From: Callorhinchus milii
Taxonomy: Eukaryota
DNA length: 64,000 nucleotides
Reading direction: 5' to 3'
Assembly (NCBI RefSeq): GCF_018977255.1
Contig: NW_024704742.1
Location: 58,964,001 to 59,028,000 of the forward strand
In this document: positions 1-13,741 of the stretch, piece after piece
How the letters are laid out: the number at the start of each line of letters is the position of its first letter
Numbering within the stretch: position 1 is the stretch's first letter
Translations under genes and position numbers: made by a program
Notes under the pieces: model-generated
The model's database searches: none
What the model saw: only the letters and a program-made list of their open reading frames with translations
Told to the model about the DNA's origin: nothing

Positions 1-120
1 TTTGCAGAAAAACAAATTGTATTTCTGAATGTGCTGCAGGGTGTACAGGATGCTGCAGCTCATCTTTTATTTGTTTTTAGAAAAACATCACTACCAATTA
101 TATTACTTTTACTTCATAGT

Positions 121-252
121 ATTTGTGGGATATTGTTTACCGTGTCCACCTACAAAATACACAATCACTACACTTTATAGTTAATCCCTTGAAGTGCTTT
201 TAGTCATTCACCCTGATGTGATGGGTGCTATATTGAATGCAAGGATTTTTTT
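121..252 (+). mobile_element. Degenerate 3' remnant of Deu-domain/L2-tailed SINE
   Basis: TTTGTGGGATATTG...GTGCTATATTGAATGCAAGGATT resembles the 3' half of the young SINE at 31811-32130. Confidence 0.7.
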
Positions 253-2139
253 TACACAAATGCTTCTCGAAATGGACGTTCTCACTGCAGTGTAGTAAAA
301 TATCTGCTAAGACATTTTGCCATGTAACTGGACACTGGGGGAGCAGATAATAACTGACTCTTCCCTCTTGGACTCCTTCCTTCTGAAGAAGCATATGACT
401 GAATTTGGTGACCCAGCAAAGTATCAGAATGAGCTACCGAATTGTAATATCATCACAATGCTAATTCTTACTGTGTATGAGTACTTTGCCAGATTTACCC
501 CATAAAGGTCTGACGTTACCTCTGCTATTGATCTATTTTCCTGTAAAATTTAATGGAGTTTGCATTGGCCTGGCATTGTATTGCAGCAAGAGCCATGTTG
601 TATTACAGCACTGCATCTTAAGTCACAGTTGTTGCCGTTGGGAAAATTTAACACTGAACTTTACCACCATTTTTATAAAATGTTCAGTATGCCTGGACTT
701 ATTCTGTACGGAAAACAACCCTACGAGTGTGTTGTAGAGAATAAAGGATCTCAGGGCTCAGTTGATTTGAGCTTGATTTGAGCTTTTATGTTACACAATA
801 TAATCTGAGCCCCCTGGTGTGTTGTAACACATTCCCAGCTATGTGTTAACCAAAATGATTGACACACGCACAAGCAATGAGCAAGTCCAGACCCTCAAGG
901 AATCCATAAAACAGAAAACATGTCCAATTAGGCACTCATCACTAGAGCCAATTTAATGCCATGGCAGTAATATACTACATCTATGTGCAAACCCTTAAGT
1001 GTTCTGTGTCTCTGCAGTCCTTTACGGTAATGTTGCCTTTTATTTTCATGTTTACCTGCATCTGTCTAATAAACAACTTTGCTAGTCAGAAGATTCATCT
1101 GATCATATTGGTCTGTGGGGAACAGACTGATACAACGAATCAACGGTGGTTAAAACAATCAACATTAATGGGTATCATTAACTTTTCATGACTCAGCCAT
1201 ACACAATTTCCAATCAATCAATATCCAGGCCAAGCAACTGAATTACTTGTGAATTTATCTGCATTTTTCTCAGTTACTGTTTTTCATGGCTTGCAAGTTA
1301 TTTATGGAGCAGTAGCTGTTCATCGACTTGGAACAATTCATGCTAGCAGACACACAGCCTGCATCTGAAATCGCTTTACTTCTCTCTTTTTTTAAAACCC
1401 ATGTATTTTATTGACATGATGTGTTTAAATGTTGCTCAAAGCCAATGCAGATGGTTAGCATCTGGAGCAAAACTGTTCCCATTGACACGATAGTGGCAGT
1501 GTTACTAATTATTCAGGTATTATTTCGAAGGAAGAATGGAGGTGACAGGACCCTCATTAAGAAAAAATAGTGGGGTGCAAAATGTGCTCTGAAGTAATAA
1601 CTATTACCTTATGATAAGGATCACATTATTGTCTGGTTAATAACTGTAACAGGAGTGGCCATCTCCCCCTGACTTTACAGAAGACTTAAGAGAAATTTAT
1701 GGCACAGAAAAGGCCATTCGGCCCATTGTGTCTGTTATCAAAATGGTCGGGCCCAAAAAGTATGCCAGTTTCAGGGGTCTCAGATTAACTCTGCTTTTTT
1801 TCACCTAAATTACTGCACTCCATATCTGGCAAACACAGTGACAGCTGTAAGTGGCTACAGATTCAACCACTGTAACATTGTTGTTGAAGATAAAATGGAG
1901 GACACAGTTGTGGTTGATCATCCTCAGGGTGGAATTTTCTGAGTTGTGCCAATTATCAGCCTTTATTAATTTTAATCCCACTATACCTCCCCAACCGCTT
2001 CAGCCTGCACCCGCAGCTCGGGTGCCCATCCAACTTTGAGATGTCCTCCGGACATGAAAGGCACTATACAAATGTTAATCTCATTGCATTGAAAGTGAAG
2101 TGCTGCAGGGAGAAGCAACAACTTAACCTGCTCGGGCCC

Positions 2140-2790
2140 CCATTTAGTCTCTATGAAATGTATTGAGATGCAGAATTATGTTAAAGGTTTGCTAAACTTC
2201 ACTAGATGTTACGAGGAATAAGTAATCTCACTTGGAAGAAAGATTGGAGAAAACTGAGCCTATTTTCCTGATCAGAAATGATTGAGAAGAGACCTGACCA
2301 GCATTTTAAAATTGGTGACATAACTGGGAGAAATTATTTCCATTGGTCTGTGAGTGAGTAACTAAAGGACATTGGTTTAAGATGATTACAAAAAAAGCAA
2401 AGAGCAAAGATGGGAGAAGTAGTTTGTTAGGCTCAGTCTTGAGAGAAGATGACTCAGAGGGGATTTCATAGACATGCATAGCATTTTAAATTGGATTGAA
2501 AAGGTAAACCCAGATCAATGCTTTAGAATGCACCAAGACAGTCGAACAAGAGGTCATAGATTTAGAGTTGCCAATGGTAATTTCAGGACCAACACCAGGA
2601 AATGTTTCTGTACTCAGTAATGACTCAAACAGGTTGCCAGGAGGGTTGATTAAGGCCAGTACACTGGACCCATTCAAAAAGGAGCTTGATGGTGTGATAT
2701 GAGGATGGTAGGGTAAGTGATCTGGGGGATGAGATCAGATGCGACAAAGGGCCTTTTTCATTCAAACCAATCTTGTGATCTTATGACGTG
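2140..2790 (+). mobile_element. Old CR1 LINE 3' fragment
   Basis: Degenerate similarity to the C-terminal part of the CR1 at 40700-41237 (GAGAAGAGACCTGA, AAATTATTTCCATTGGT). Confidence 0.6.
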
Positions 2791-4650
2791 TAATGTTCTG
2801 CCTGGAGCCATTCTTGAGTGGTATGAACCATAGTATTTTTTAAAAGTGAATTTGATAACTCTCTAAAAGGGAGAAATATAAGAAAATGTATGGGGAAAAG
2901 CCAGGAGAAAGGGTTAATGGGGCAGTTTTATCAGAGAGAGAGTCCACAACATAGGCATGATAGGCCTAATATCCAGTTTCTGTGCTGTACAACCCTATAG
3001 TTCTGAATTGCTTACCTTGCTGTCCAAAGGTGTTCCCTCTGCTGCTGGGATAGAGATCTACCACAGAGGTAAGAGCCTTCAGAGACAACAGTGTGGCCTC
3101 ACCATTTAAAAGCCCTGCCAACGAAGGCTCAGCATGAGATTGTAAATGAATCCTTCTCTGCTAACTCCCTCCTGCACAATTTTTGCAGCAGCTGAGTATT
3201 TGAACACTGTATCCAAACCACATCACTCCAATCAAAGTTCAATTATCTCATCATCATCATTTCTGTGTGAAAGTGGATTGAACACATGTTAAAAATATTA
3301 TTTTTGCTAATGTCTTCCCAACCATCTTGGCAGTATGATCACTGAAGGGCAGTGTGCTAGCAGTATGCTTTGCACAATTCCAGGTATTTTACAGTTTAAC
3401 ATTCTCAAAATGTATTGTAATTTATGTTGATTACAAAGAAGTCTTCATTGGCAAGACAGTTGAGTGAACCTAATTAAACAGATTTGTTACTTTAATGTTT
3501 AAAGTACGGCGGTTATTATCTAAGCACAAAAACTTTCAGCATATCCTCATTTAATACTTTCTTACCACTTTCAGCAGATTTATGCAGGTACAGTAGGAAT
3601 GTGCCGTCAGCAAGTCGAAAGCTTTTGAGTGTGAACACACCTTGGGGAAGTCGTTAATGCAACAAAGGAATAGTTATGTTCCTGAGAGACTCCAATTTCA
3701 ACACTGCTTAAATCAGACAATGTATTTGCAACCACAGACCTTTGATGTTTGGTATCCAGATATGAACATGACGGCACTGTATGGCCCTGCCAGATAAGCC
3801 AGATTTCATCAGTCCACTGTATGGTATGCTGCATTAAAAGTCTTCTTTCAGTTCAAAACTGTTTCAGTATATCCTTTTATTGGCTTGTAAATATAAAACT
3901 GTTCTCTTGTAGAATACTTTATATTATTCTTTTTAGTGCAAATCCTGATGAGCATTAACATACTATACAGTTTGTTACAAACCAATTAATGGTCATCCTG
4001 TTATTAGGGAATGTTTGACAAAAGGAATAATTTTCTCCAGTGTGGATTATAATTTCAAATGCATTTTAATGGGAAAATGGTTTATGAGAATACAGATATA
4101 AGAGGTATTGCTTTATTTATTTAACAGTTACGGATTAGCAGATGGAAGCACTTTACACAACAGTAATAGCCAGAGCTTCATTTACATGTAATTAACTGAG
4201 CGCTGGGCCCTCTGTGATGAGTGCAAATGAGATTTCTCATAAACAGTTAACATCTAGCCAGGACAGTTAGCTGAATAGATTTGCACGTTATTCTTATACT
4301 GGGTTTATATAACAACTTGCATTTATAGTGTCCTTCACACGGGGTAGCGTTTCGGAGTGTTTAACTTTAATTTCAGCATTGGTGCACCATAATCTTGCAA
4401 ATGAGACCCAAATATTTCATTATTACAAGGTGGCTTCAGAATTCTTCAAAATAGTATCTGTGACAACATTGTTGATCCTCGTTTCTATTTTCCAATTTGA
4501 GAATCAAACCTCCAATCCATTCTTAGACTTTTCAGTTTCAGATGTGAAATAATTATCACCAAAAATAACTTTATCCACTTCAATACAGAAACATTTCCAG
4601 ACTTATATATTTAAACTACTGAGTTCTGTTAGCACATGTCTCAAGACATC

Positions 4651-4651
<1 letters not shown>

Positions 4652-4681
<30 letters not shown>

Positions 4682-4834
4682 TGTATGTATGTATGTATGT
4701 ATGTATGTATGTATGTATGTATGTATGTATGTATGTATGTATGTATGTATGTATGTATGTAGGTAGGTAGGTAGGTAGGTAGGTAGGTAGGTAGGTAGGT
4801 AGGTATGCACGCACGCACGCACGCACGCACGCAC
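4652..4834. repeat. Compound microsatellite (TATG)n-(TAGG)n-(GCAC)n
   Basis: Directly visible perfect tetranucleotide arrays. Confidence 0.98.
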
Positions 4835-5251
4835 CCATAATACATGCATGCAAGCCCAATTGCTATGCAAGAGTTGAACACTGCTCATATTCCTCAGCAC
4901 AAGGAAAGGCTTATTGTCTCTTAGGTGATAATTTACTCGGTTCCAGCTTCTGATGCTTTTCTTTCTCTGTTGTATCGCTTGTATTTTATTAATACTGTTC
5001 TACATTTGATTCATTGTTCCTCTGATCTTTCTAACTCTGTTCTTTCCTAACTCTAAATTCAACGTTCATCCTTCTGGCTTTGTTGAAGTCAAAAATCATT
5101 GTGCAGTCAAAACTCATTACATGGTCCCTCTGTCTTCCTTTTCCTTAGTACTATGAATTTGCCTGCCTGCCTCATATAAGTACTCTTCTATTTCCATCAT
5201 GTTCGTGTACATGAAGCGGAAAACTCTTTCCACCAGTAGTGGGAGTAAGAT

Positions 5252-6055
5252 AAGAAGAGAAGAGATGTATTTGTATAGGCCTTTTACGTCAGGAGGATGT
5301 CCTAAGGTGCTGGACACACAAAGTTTCGGACCCGGCTGGGGGTCGGGATCGGGGATCGTGGATTGTGGAGGGCAGGGGGGGGAAGCAGGGAGATCAAAAG
5401 CACGGTCAAAGAGGAGGGTCTTGAGGTGGGTCTTGAAGGAGGCAAGTGAGGGGGCGAGATGGATGGACAGTGGGATGGAGTTCCAGAGGGTGGGGGCAGA
5501 GTGGCAGAAGGCTCACCCACCAATAGTTGGGCGAGCGAGGCGGGGGTCGTAAAGCAGAGCCTGCTGAGCGGAGTGAGCGAGCAGGATGGTAGGGGGGAGC
5601 AAGACCATGGAGGGCTTTGAAGTTGAGGACCAGGATCTTGAACTGTATCCTCTGGGTGATGGGAAGCCAGTGGAGTCGGGTGAGGATGGGGATGATAGGG
5701 TCGCGGAGCCTGGTGTGGGAGAGGACATAGGCTGCAGAGTTCTGGATGATCTGGAGCTTATGGTGGGAGGATTTGGGGAGGCCGACAAGCAAGGAGTTTG
5801 CACAGTCAAGCCTCAATGTTATGAATGTGTGTATGAGGGTTTTGGCGGCCTGAGGAGTGAGAAATTGGCGGAACCGGGCCATGTTGCGGAGATGGGGGAA
5901 GGAAGAGTCTGGGATGTAGGATAGAAAGGCACAGATGTGGGGTAGAAAGGATGGCTGAGGATAAACAAGACCCCAAGTTCTGGACTGGCTTAGCTAGGTG
6001 GATTGTGCAACCATGGATGGTGATGCTGTCAGCGCCTGAGGTCTGGAGGTCCATC
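5252..6055 (-). mobile_element. L2 LINE 3' fragment (subfamily A)
   Basis: ORF 5406-5882 has the L2 ORF2 C-terminal motifs RLDCANSLL, LQIIQNSAA, LHWLPITQRIQFKIL; L2-type tail near 5260-5310. Confidence 0.93.
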
Positions 6056-6621
6056 TAGAAGGTCCATCTAGTTCATCTGCCATCATCCTGGCAGTCTCTT
6101 GACATATCGTGTTCCAAACTACATACAGTTTCCCGAGATATTATTTTCTAGCAGAAATCTATCTAATTTGTTCTTGAAACAAACAACATTTTTTGCTTCC
6201 TCTGATTCCTGCTTTCTTTATTTTCAGTACCAGCTTTTCATAAGGAACTGTATCAAAGTTACTGAAATCCAGATATACAACATCCAATGCCTTATCCTTA
6301 TCAAGAACCTTTATTATTATATTATTGTATTGAACTCATATATCGGCTGACACTACAAATGCGGGACTGGGGGAATATTCTATTGTTGAACAACAATTTA
6401 CATTTACACAGCACTTTTGCTTGTTGGAAGTACATTTCAAAGCACTGAAAGGGATGACTGGAAGCTTAAAAGTGTGGTTGAAAAGATAGATCCTAAGATG
6501 AATTTTGAGAGCACCTTTATAGTCTGAGATGGAGTTACCCAGTCATTACTTTCGACTGCATTTTAGAGTAAAATCCAGTGAATACAATGACATGAAAAGG
6601 GCAATCATCAAATACAGGTTA

Positions 6622-6800
6622 ATCCTTGCATTTGATTAACCGCCTTTCACATCTTCGAGACATCTCAAAACGCTTCACAGAATATACTGTAAAGTGGATT
6701 GACTGTATATTTTGTGGGCAAAATGCGACAGTCAATTGCACACAGCAGTGTCCCACAAACAATCAAGGATTGAGTGACCAAGTTATTATTATTATTTTTG
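6622..6800 (-). mobile_element. Deu-domain SINE 3' fragment
   Basis: AATCCTTGCATTTG...GTCCCACAAAC is the reverse complement of the SINE 3' half. Confidence 0.8.
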
Positions 6801-8419
6801 ATGAAGTGGTTAATGCTCTAAGTCTGGCTCTGGATTATTAAACATCATCTAGCGTAGATGATCTACGGAGTTCTGAAAGATATATAAAATTGCTTCAATC
6901 CTATAAATACACTTCATAGTAAATCCTGTGAAGCACAATGAGACATTTCAACAGTGTGATAGGGTGCTTTATCAAATGCAAGTGTTAATAATATTAGGAT
7001 TATTATTGTTATTATTACATTATATTATGTTATTACAGTTTATGTCAGCGAGACCAATAACACTGCTGCATTAGATATGAATGGATGTTACTTTTCATGG
7101 TATGTTTGAACTTCCTAAAATAGCTATATTTGTTTACTGGGTATTTTGACAAACCATTTCTGAAGCCTTTTCGTATTAACAGTCCCAGTTGCACCGATGA
7201 TTATAGGAACTATGTTTGTCTTATACTGCTACATATGTCTGCATTTAATTTGTAGATCAATATATTTCCTGATCTTTCCTAGATATTTCTCGTTACTTAT
7301 TTCTTACATTGTAATCACTTGGGATAGCCTCATCAATGATACTACATGTACAATCTATCTGGTTCTGTATATATATTCTATATTAATCTGGTTTGTTACA
7401 GATTTACTGGATCAGAGCTTCTGAGAAATGCAGTAGAAAAGCAATATCACTCCCCTCCATGATCCACACTCATTGACTATTTATTTGTATTTGAATTAGT
7501 AAAAGGCTCACATAAAACATTTTCATAAACCAAGGGCAAGACTGCACTATAAATTTACAACACACACATGAATTTCCAGCAATAATGTATTCCTTGCATT
7601 TTGCTTCTTGGACTTATTTCAGATAAAGGGTACACCTTGTTTTCCGGAGGTTTTGTATCTAAATGTTTAATACATTGTAATATGTGAAATGTAAGCTGGA
7701 TAAATGATTGAGTGGCAGCCACCTGAAAATAAACTCCTCATGATATCAAGACAAGTTAATCCATTTGCCTTTAATCTTCCAAATATTACGTGCAGAGATG
7801 CAAGGCCATCAACCAAAGCCACAAGACAGACAGTGTGAAACAAATTGAAAGTACAGACGCTACTCTGACAAGTGGTTGGAGATATTTGTGCAAAAAAAAG
7901 ATGAAATTGTGTCATGTGATATTATCACATCATGTACTATATTTTAATGCCCCACTTTTTTTCATGTGATCATTAATTATTGTCTCGTCTGAAACATGGC
8001 ACCTCCACAATGCAGCACTCCACTTATACTGCATTGAAGTGCTAATCTAGATTGTGAGGTCAGATCCTGAAGAGGGGCTTGAACCCACAGCCTTCTGACC
8101 TTGAGTCGAGAAATATCTCATTATGTTATACTGCTTGCTGGTAAATTGAAACTATTTTGCCTGGGGATTGATAGCACGGATACAAAATGAATTGTTGTAT
8201 CCTTGTGGGCTCGTGCTTACTATCTTTAACTCAAGAGAAAGAAGGAACATATGGCTTTAGTCTTTAACAGAACCATGATGCCCCAAAACACCAAAGTGTT
8301 TCTATGTCTGTGCAACTTGTATATTTTGTATTAACAGAGATTATGCAAGAAGATGGAGTTGGCTTTTGAATTATGTGTTGTTTGCTCTGGAACAAAGCAA
8401 TCTGTATCAAGTTTATCTG

Positions 8420-8720
8420 AATCTTATCATAAATATGTCTCAAAACGCTTCACACGATTTGTACAGTGAAAGTATAGTGACTGTGTCTGACAACCAATAC
8501 GTACACAGAAAACCACAAATTGCCATGAAGTGAATGATTGCAGTTGTATGTTGAAGATGGTTAGCCACAACACTGGGATCATGAGATCTTCAACATCAAT
8601 GCAGCATTCCCCCAGCACTGCATTAGAGTACATTCTAGTCCACGATCTCAAACCCGACTGTGGGGCTTGAACACACAACCTTCTGACTCAAAAGGAAGGG
8701 TGCTACGAACTGAGCTGGAT
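8420..8720 (-). mobile_element. Old DeuSINE (SacSINE1/AmnSINE1-like), deleted copy
   Basis: Tail remnant plus GCAGCATTCCCCAGCACTGCA and a tRNA-like head remnant (CTTGAACACACAACCTTCTGACTCA...ACTGAGC). A similar remnant lies at about 7990-8120. Confidence 0.65.
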
Positions 8721-9809
8721 TGACACCTGAATGTGCTGTACGGTGACTGAAACCCCAGACAAAGAGCTTTACAATTATAAAGCAAGAAGTACCAACTGGA
8801 AAAATAACTTGCCTATGTGTCAAAAAGAACATGATTCCCCCTAAGGGACTGGATTCACTATAAAACTATGAACACAGAGTTGTAGAGTTGCTACTAATGC
8901 AAAAATATAATTGTTTTGAAATAAATACAGAAGTTTAATACTCAGCAGAACCTTTCAAACAGAAAAGCAAACAAAATTATTCTTTCAGAACAAGATCAAT
9001 CCTACATCCAGACTAGATATAGAGAGATAGTTTAAAATAAAACAATGAGGCATGAATTCAGCTATTAGTTGAAGAAAGTATTACATATTCTATGACTCTA
9101 AGGATCAATGAGGCTCACTTGGTTTATTTTGCTTCAATCACTTCTATTCACTGCTGGTTTTGTCCTTCAAAAAGTTTCCATTAATTCTTAGCAAAATGTG
9201 TAGCACAATAACTAATACAATGTAAATTGTGCTGGATATCCAATTTAAACAAAGCTTCAAATCATAAGTCACAACAGCTGTTGCAAAAGCAACATTATTC
9301 TGGCAGCTGCTTTGATTTTGCACAAAATGTACACAATCCTCATTTAATCCTGTGAGCCAGCCCTTCACAACGCATTATGCCTTACCTATAACAGAAAGTG
9401 GATTTATTACGCCTCACTTCTTATGCAAGTTACGAGATGGTGCAGTATTCATTTTATTTCCCTGAGAGATCATGTTTTCCCCCAGTTGTCACCAGTCCTA
9501 ACCTCTGATCTACAGAACAGATGGTAAAAGCAAATTTGGCAATCCAAATATACAGTTTTAATTTTATTACGATTGGGATCAAAACATATCCTCTTTTAGT
9601 TGTCTGTGTTTATTTATTGCATTTTATGGGACACTGGTTAACTAAATAAAAATTAAAGACTTAATTTACATTTCCCATCTTATAATGACCCTAAAATATA
9701 GACAGTTGGAAATAATCCATTCCATGGTGGCTGAATGGTTAATGCAATTTTATTCAATTACTTGGGTTGGCTCCAACCAAGGCAAACTGAAGGTTCCAGC
9801 CTTTGCAAT

Positions 9810-10120
9810 GGTGTCACATTGGCTCAGTTGGCCTCTGAGTCAGAAGGTTTTGGCTTCAAACCTGAAACTGAGGCCACTTTTGCCTGTTCAGATGGACATT
9901 AAAGATCTTACGGCACTATTTTGGGTTTGTTGGTCAATAATATCCCAAATAAAATTAATCGCTCATTTCATAGCTGTTTGTGGGATATTACTGTGTGCAA
10001 ATAGGCAGCTAAATTCGCCTACAAATATCTAGTCACCACACTTCACAGTAAAATCCTGTGAAGCATTTTGACATGTTTAGATGGCCTGACAAGGTGCTAT
10101 ATCAAATGCAAAGATATTAT
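9810..10120 (+). mobile_element. Old DeuSINE, deleted copy
   Basis: GGCTCAGTTGG/GAGTCAGAAGGTT head, GCCTGTTCAGATGGACATTAAAGATC body, GTGCTATATCAAATGCAA tail. Confidence 0.8.
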
Positions 10121-10849
10121 ATCACAGCTTTGTTATAAGGCAGGTTGGAATTTTATGCACTGTATTGTGTGAGGATCAATTCAAATAGGCCAAAGAATAT
10201 TCTTCACCCAAATCTCTTGTAGTCATGCAACCTGACTGAGAATCCTTCCAGTGAAGTGAAAACGTTTCTTTAATGGGCTACCGCCTTCACGAAATATGAC
10301 AACAAAGTGTTTCTTCCCATTTGTTTGCAGACAAAACAATGATTCAGATTGTGTCCAGATGCGCACTAGTGAGTGACAGAATTGCAGTGAAAGTGATACG
10401 TGGCTTTTCCTCAATGACTTGCCTCAAACGTTTGTTTTACAACTTAACGTGAGAGTTCAGAAAAAATAGTGCTCATTCATTCTGTGATCCAATTGATTAA
10501 ATCCTTAACGTCAGTGTAATTAAGCTAAAATAGAGCTTGTTTCTGGATAAATACAATTAAAACTTTTATGTTCTTTTTTATGAGCATATGTTCCCTTCAG
10601 TGAAGGATGCACAACATTTTCCTCAATATATTTGCAGTTCCAGTGCCTATTCTGTTGAAAAGATAATCCACAAGCTCTGATTCATTGGGAGTGCACTGTG
10701 ATTCATTTGATGGCAATATCCCGAAATGTTGGGCACGTTTCCTTCCTCCACACGCCTCTGTTTCCCTAGCAGTCAGTAGGAACCCGGTTGTTAGCCGATT
10801 GGCGGATCGCTTTTCTGAGCGTAATAATTCCTTCAAAAAATAATAATAA

Positions 10850-11025
10850 TAAATTGATCACTTCAATGCATGACTGTTTGTCGGAGACTGCTGCGTGTAA
10901 TTGGTTGCTGCGTTTCGCCTACAAAATATGCAGTCAACTCACTTTACTGTATATCCTGTGAAGCGCTTTGTGACGTCTCAAAGACGTGGTAAGGTGCTAT
11001 ATCAAATGCAAGGATTATTATTATT
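10850..11025 (+). mobile_element. Deu-domain SINE 3' fragment
   Basis: Matches the SINE 3' half, ending CAAATGCAAGGATTATTATTATT. Confidence 0.85.
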
Positions 11026-11418
11026 AAATTCCCTTCTGATTTCCCACTTAACCTATAGACGATCTCCCAATCTCCAGCCATTTCCCGTCAGTGCTCAAAC
11101 GCCAAATAACTATCATTACACCTAGAATTTCACCCAGTTCAGAACTTGCCTTGTGTCATGGGAAAGATTATTATCAGGTCTGTATGTCTTTTCTCTTTGG
11201 TGATGTGCTTTTTTTTCTACACTATGCTGTCAAAGCCAATTGTCTCGGTGATTGTCTGCTGAGTCAGGCCGATCGTCTTTTATTGCCTTCGCCTTCGGTT
11301 CACCTAGAGCTGCAGTCATTTCCATTAAGCCTGGCAGAGGGTGGCCAAATGTTACTGAATTTACCAACCTTTAGCTTCTCTCCTTCAGCCTCTGGTCAGA
11401 ATGCTGAACTGCTGAACT

Positions 11419-11620
11419 GATTCATAGATTCATAGATTCATAGAATGTTACGGCACAGAAGGAGGCCATTCGGCCCATCGAGTCTGTGCCGGCTCTTTGA
11501 CAGAGCAAGTCACTTTCACTAACCCCAATCACCAGCTTTCTCCCCATAACCCTGCAAACCCGTCTTCCCCAGACACCTATCCAATTCTCTCTTAAAAGCT
11601 GTTATCAAATCTTTCTCACT
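11419..11620 (-). mobile_element. CR1 LINE 3' end
   Basis: (GATTCATA)x3 octamer tail plus GCACAGAAGGAGGCCATTCGGCCCAT, matching the CR1 end at 30239. Confidence 0.9.
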
Positions 11621-12114
11621 CTATCTTTACAAAAAAAAGTGTGTCATTCTAAACAAATGGAGAGTGTGTGTGGTTGTATGTAGTGGGCACATTAACACAA
11701 TCTCACTGTGGAAGGGAGCTTAGTCAGAGGGAGTCCAGATGAAGTTCAGGAGAGAGGGAGTAGAAAAAAGGTTAAAATAGTAAAATGTCTGGGGCCACAC
11801 ACTTTCAAAACAATTCTCAGGGTGCTGATCATGTTCATGTGGTGATACATCTGGCTTGTTATTTTAGTACTTAGTTGACATTGAGCATTCCTGCTCCAGA
11901 TATAATGCTCTTGTTCCTCCTAACTTCAAAATACACACATCTTCCTTCTGACATTTTCACTGTGTTTCAGCTAAGACTCATTGTATTGTTTCTAACTCAA
12001 ATTCATTCTTCCCCAGACACTATTTCCCTTTCTCTGTCTTCCCTTCCTCCTGCAATCCATGTGCTTTCAAAATAATAATCGTTTCATTTACATTTGATAC
12101 AGTGCCTCATCATA

Positions 12115-12293
12115 TAATAATAATCCTTGCATTTGATATAGCGCTTTTCACATCTTCTAGATGTCCCAAAGCGCTTCACAGAATATGCTGTAAAGTGAAT
12201 TGACTGTATATTTGTGGGCAATGTCCCACAAACAGTCGTAGATTGAAAATGACCATTTATTATTGTTTCGTGTTTTTGGAGGGATTATTATTA
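12115..12293 (-). mobile_element. Young SINE, 5'-truncated, inside or next to an older DeuSINE remnant (to about 12450)
   Basis: Close match to the 3' half of the full copies. Confidence 0.88.
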
Positions 12294-12769
12294 TATCTTT
12301 GAGATGTCTCAAAACTCTTCAGAGTATATACTGTAAAGTGGTATGATTGTGTATTCGGTGGGTGAACGTGGCTGCCAATTTGCGCACAGCATCCATGGAA
12401 GGAGTGACTGATTTTATTTGAGGAATTGTTGGTCAGAACACTGGAAGAAATTCCAAGTTTAACAGTTAACCCCTAGTTTATTTTATTCTACGATTTTCAG
12501 TTGTGGTGCTGTCCGGGAATTAATTTTTTCATGGGGGGAAAGAGCCTGGTTTTGTGAAAGAGCAGGAGTGTGGGAAAGGAGAAACAGCTGTGGAGCATGT
12601 CACCACTAACTACAGGATCACATACTCAAACAATGACAGGGCATTGTTGATAAAGATGGCTAAAAAAAATCAGTAGGATATTGATGGATTTTTGTTTTGG
12701 ATTGGGTGAAATTTGTGGTGTTTCATACACATCCCATGCAAAAAAGTAATCATTACAAAAATTCAGTCA

Positions 12770-13480
12770 TGAAACGCCACAACAGCAAGAAAATTACATG
12801 TAGGCAAGATGTCCCAAGGCACTGGACAATATTGTATCCGATCCGAGTTGGGGGTCGGGATTGGGGTGGGTGGAGGGCAGAGGGGAAGGAGGGTGACCGA
12901 ATGCACAGTCAAAGAGGAGGGTGTTGAGACAGGTCTTGAAGAAGGCAAGGGGGAGGGTGAGGTGGAGGGACTGCGAGATGGAGTTCCAGATGGTGGGGAT
13001 AGAGAAGCTGAAGGCCTGTCCGCCAATGGTGGGGCAGGTGAAGCAGGGAACATGAAGCAGGCTGGAGCCCGCTGAGCGGAGGGAGTGTGCAGATTATTAG
13101 GGGTTAGGAGTTCGCAGAGGTAGGGGGAGCAAGGCCATGGAGGGCTTTGAAGGTGAGGACCAGGATCTTGAATTGTATCCTCTGTATGATGGGAAATCAG
13201 TGGAGTCGGGCGAGGATGAGAGTCAATTGGTCGTGAAGCCTGGTGTGGGAGATGACACGGGCTGCAGAGTTCTGGATAATCTGCAGCCTATGTAGGGGAG
13301 GAACTAGGGAGACTGACAAGCAGGGAGTTTGCATAGTCAAGCTTGGATGTTATGAATGTATGTATGAAGGTCTTGGTGGCCTGCAGTGTGAGACAGTGGT
13401 GGTGCCAGGCGATGCTTCGGAGGTGGGGGAAGGCAGAGCGGGACATGGTACGGATGTGGGGTAGAAAGGACAGTTGCTCT
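12770..13480 (-). mobile_element. L2 LINE 3' fragment (subfamily A)
   Basis: TFITSKLDYANSLLV motif; colinear with 5260-5970. Confidence 0.92.
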
Positions 13481-13741
13481 AAATGTTGCTCCATTGGCAT
13501 TATGGACAAAGTTTAATAGTATTTGTTTTCAGTACCCTTTTGATTTCTTTTCTTCGCTTTTTAGGTGACAACATAGATGATAGGGGGAAAAAAATGACTG
13601 CGTATTAATATTAATAATAACAATAATAATAATATTTCTTACATTTGGTGATGTAAAAGGTAAGAATAAGATTTCTTTCACATCAGCAGGATGTCCCAAG
13701 GAGTTTCACAGGATATACTGTAAAGTGACAGAACTGTGTGT

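Noticed and set aside
727..826. Short direct and inverted repeats (GGGCTCAG/CTGAGCCC, TTGATTTGAGC x2)
   Set aside because: Too short to distinguish from chance or local slippage.
4603..4900. ORFs with (TYIH)n and (TYLP)n repeats
   Set aside because: They are translations of the microsatellite.
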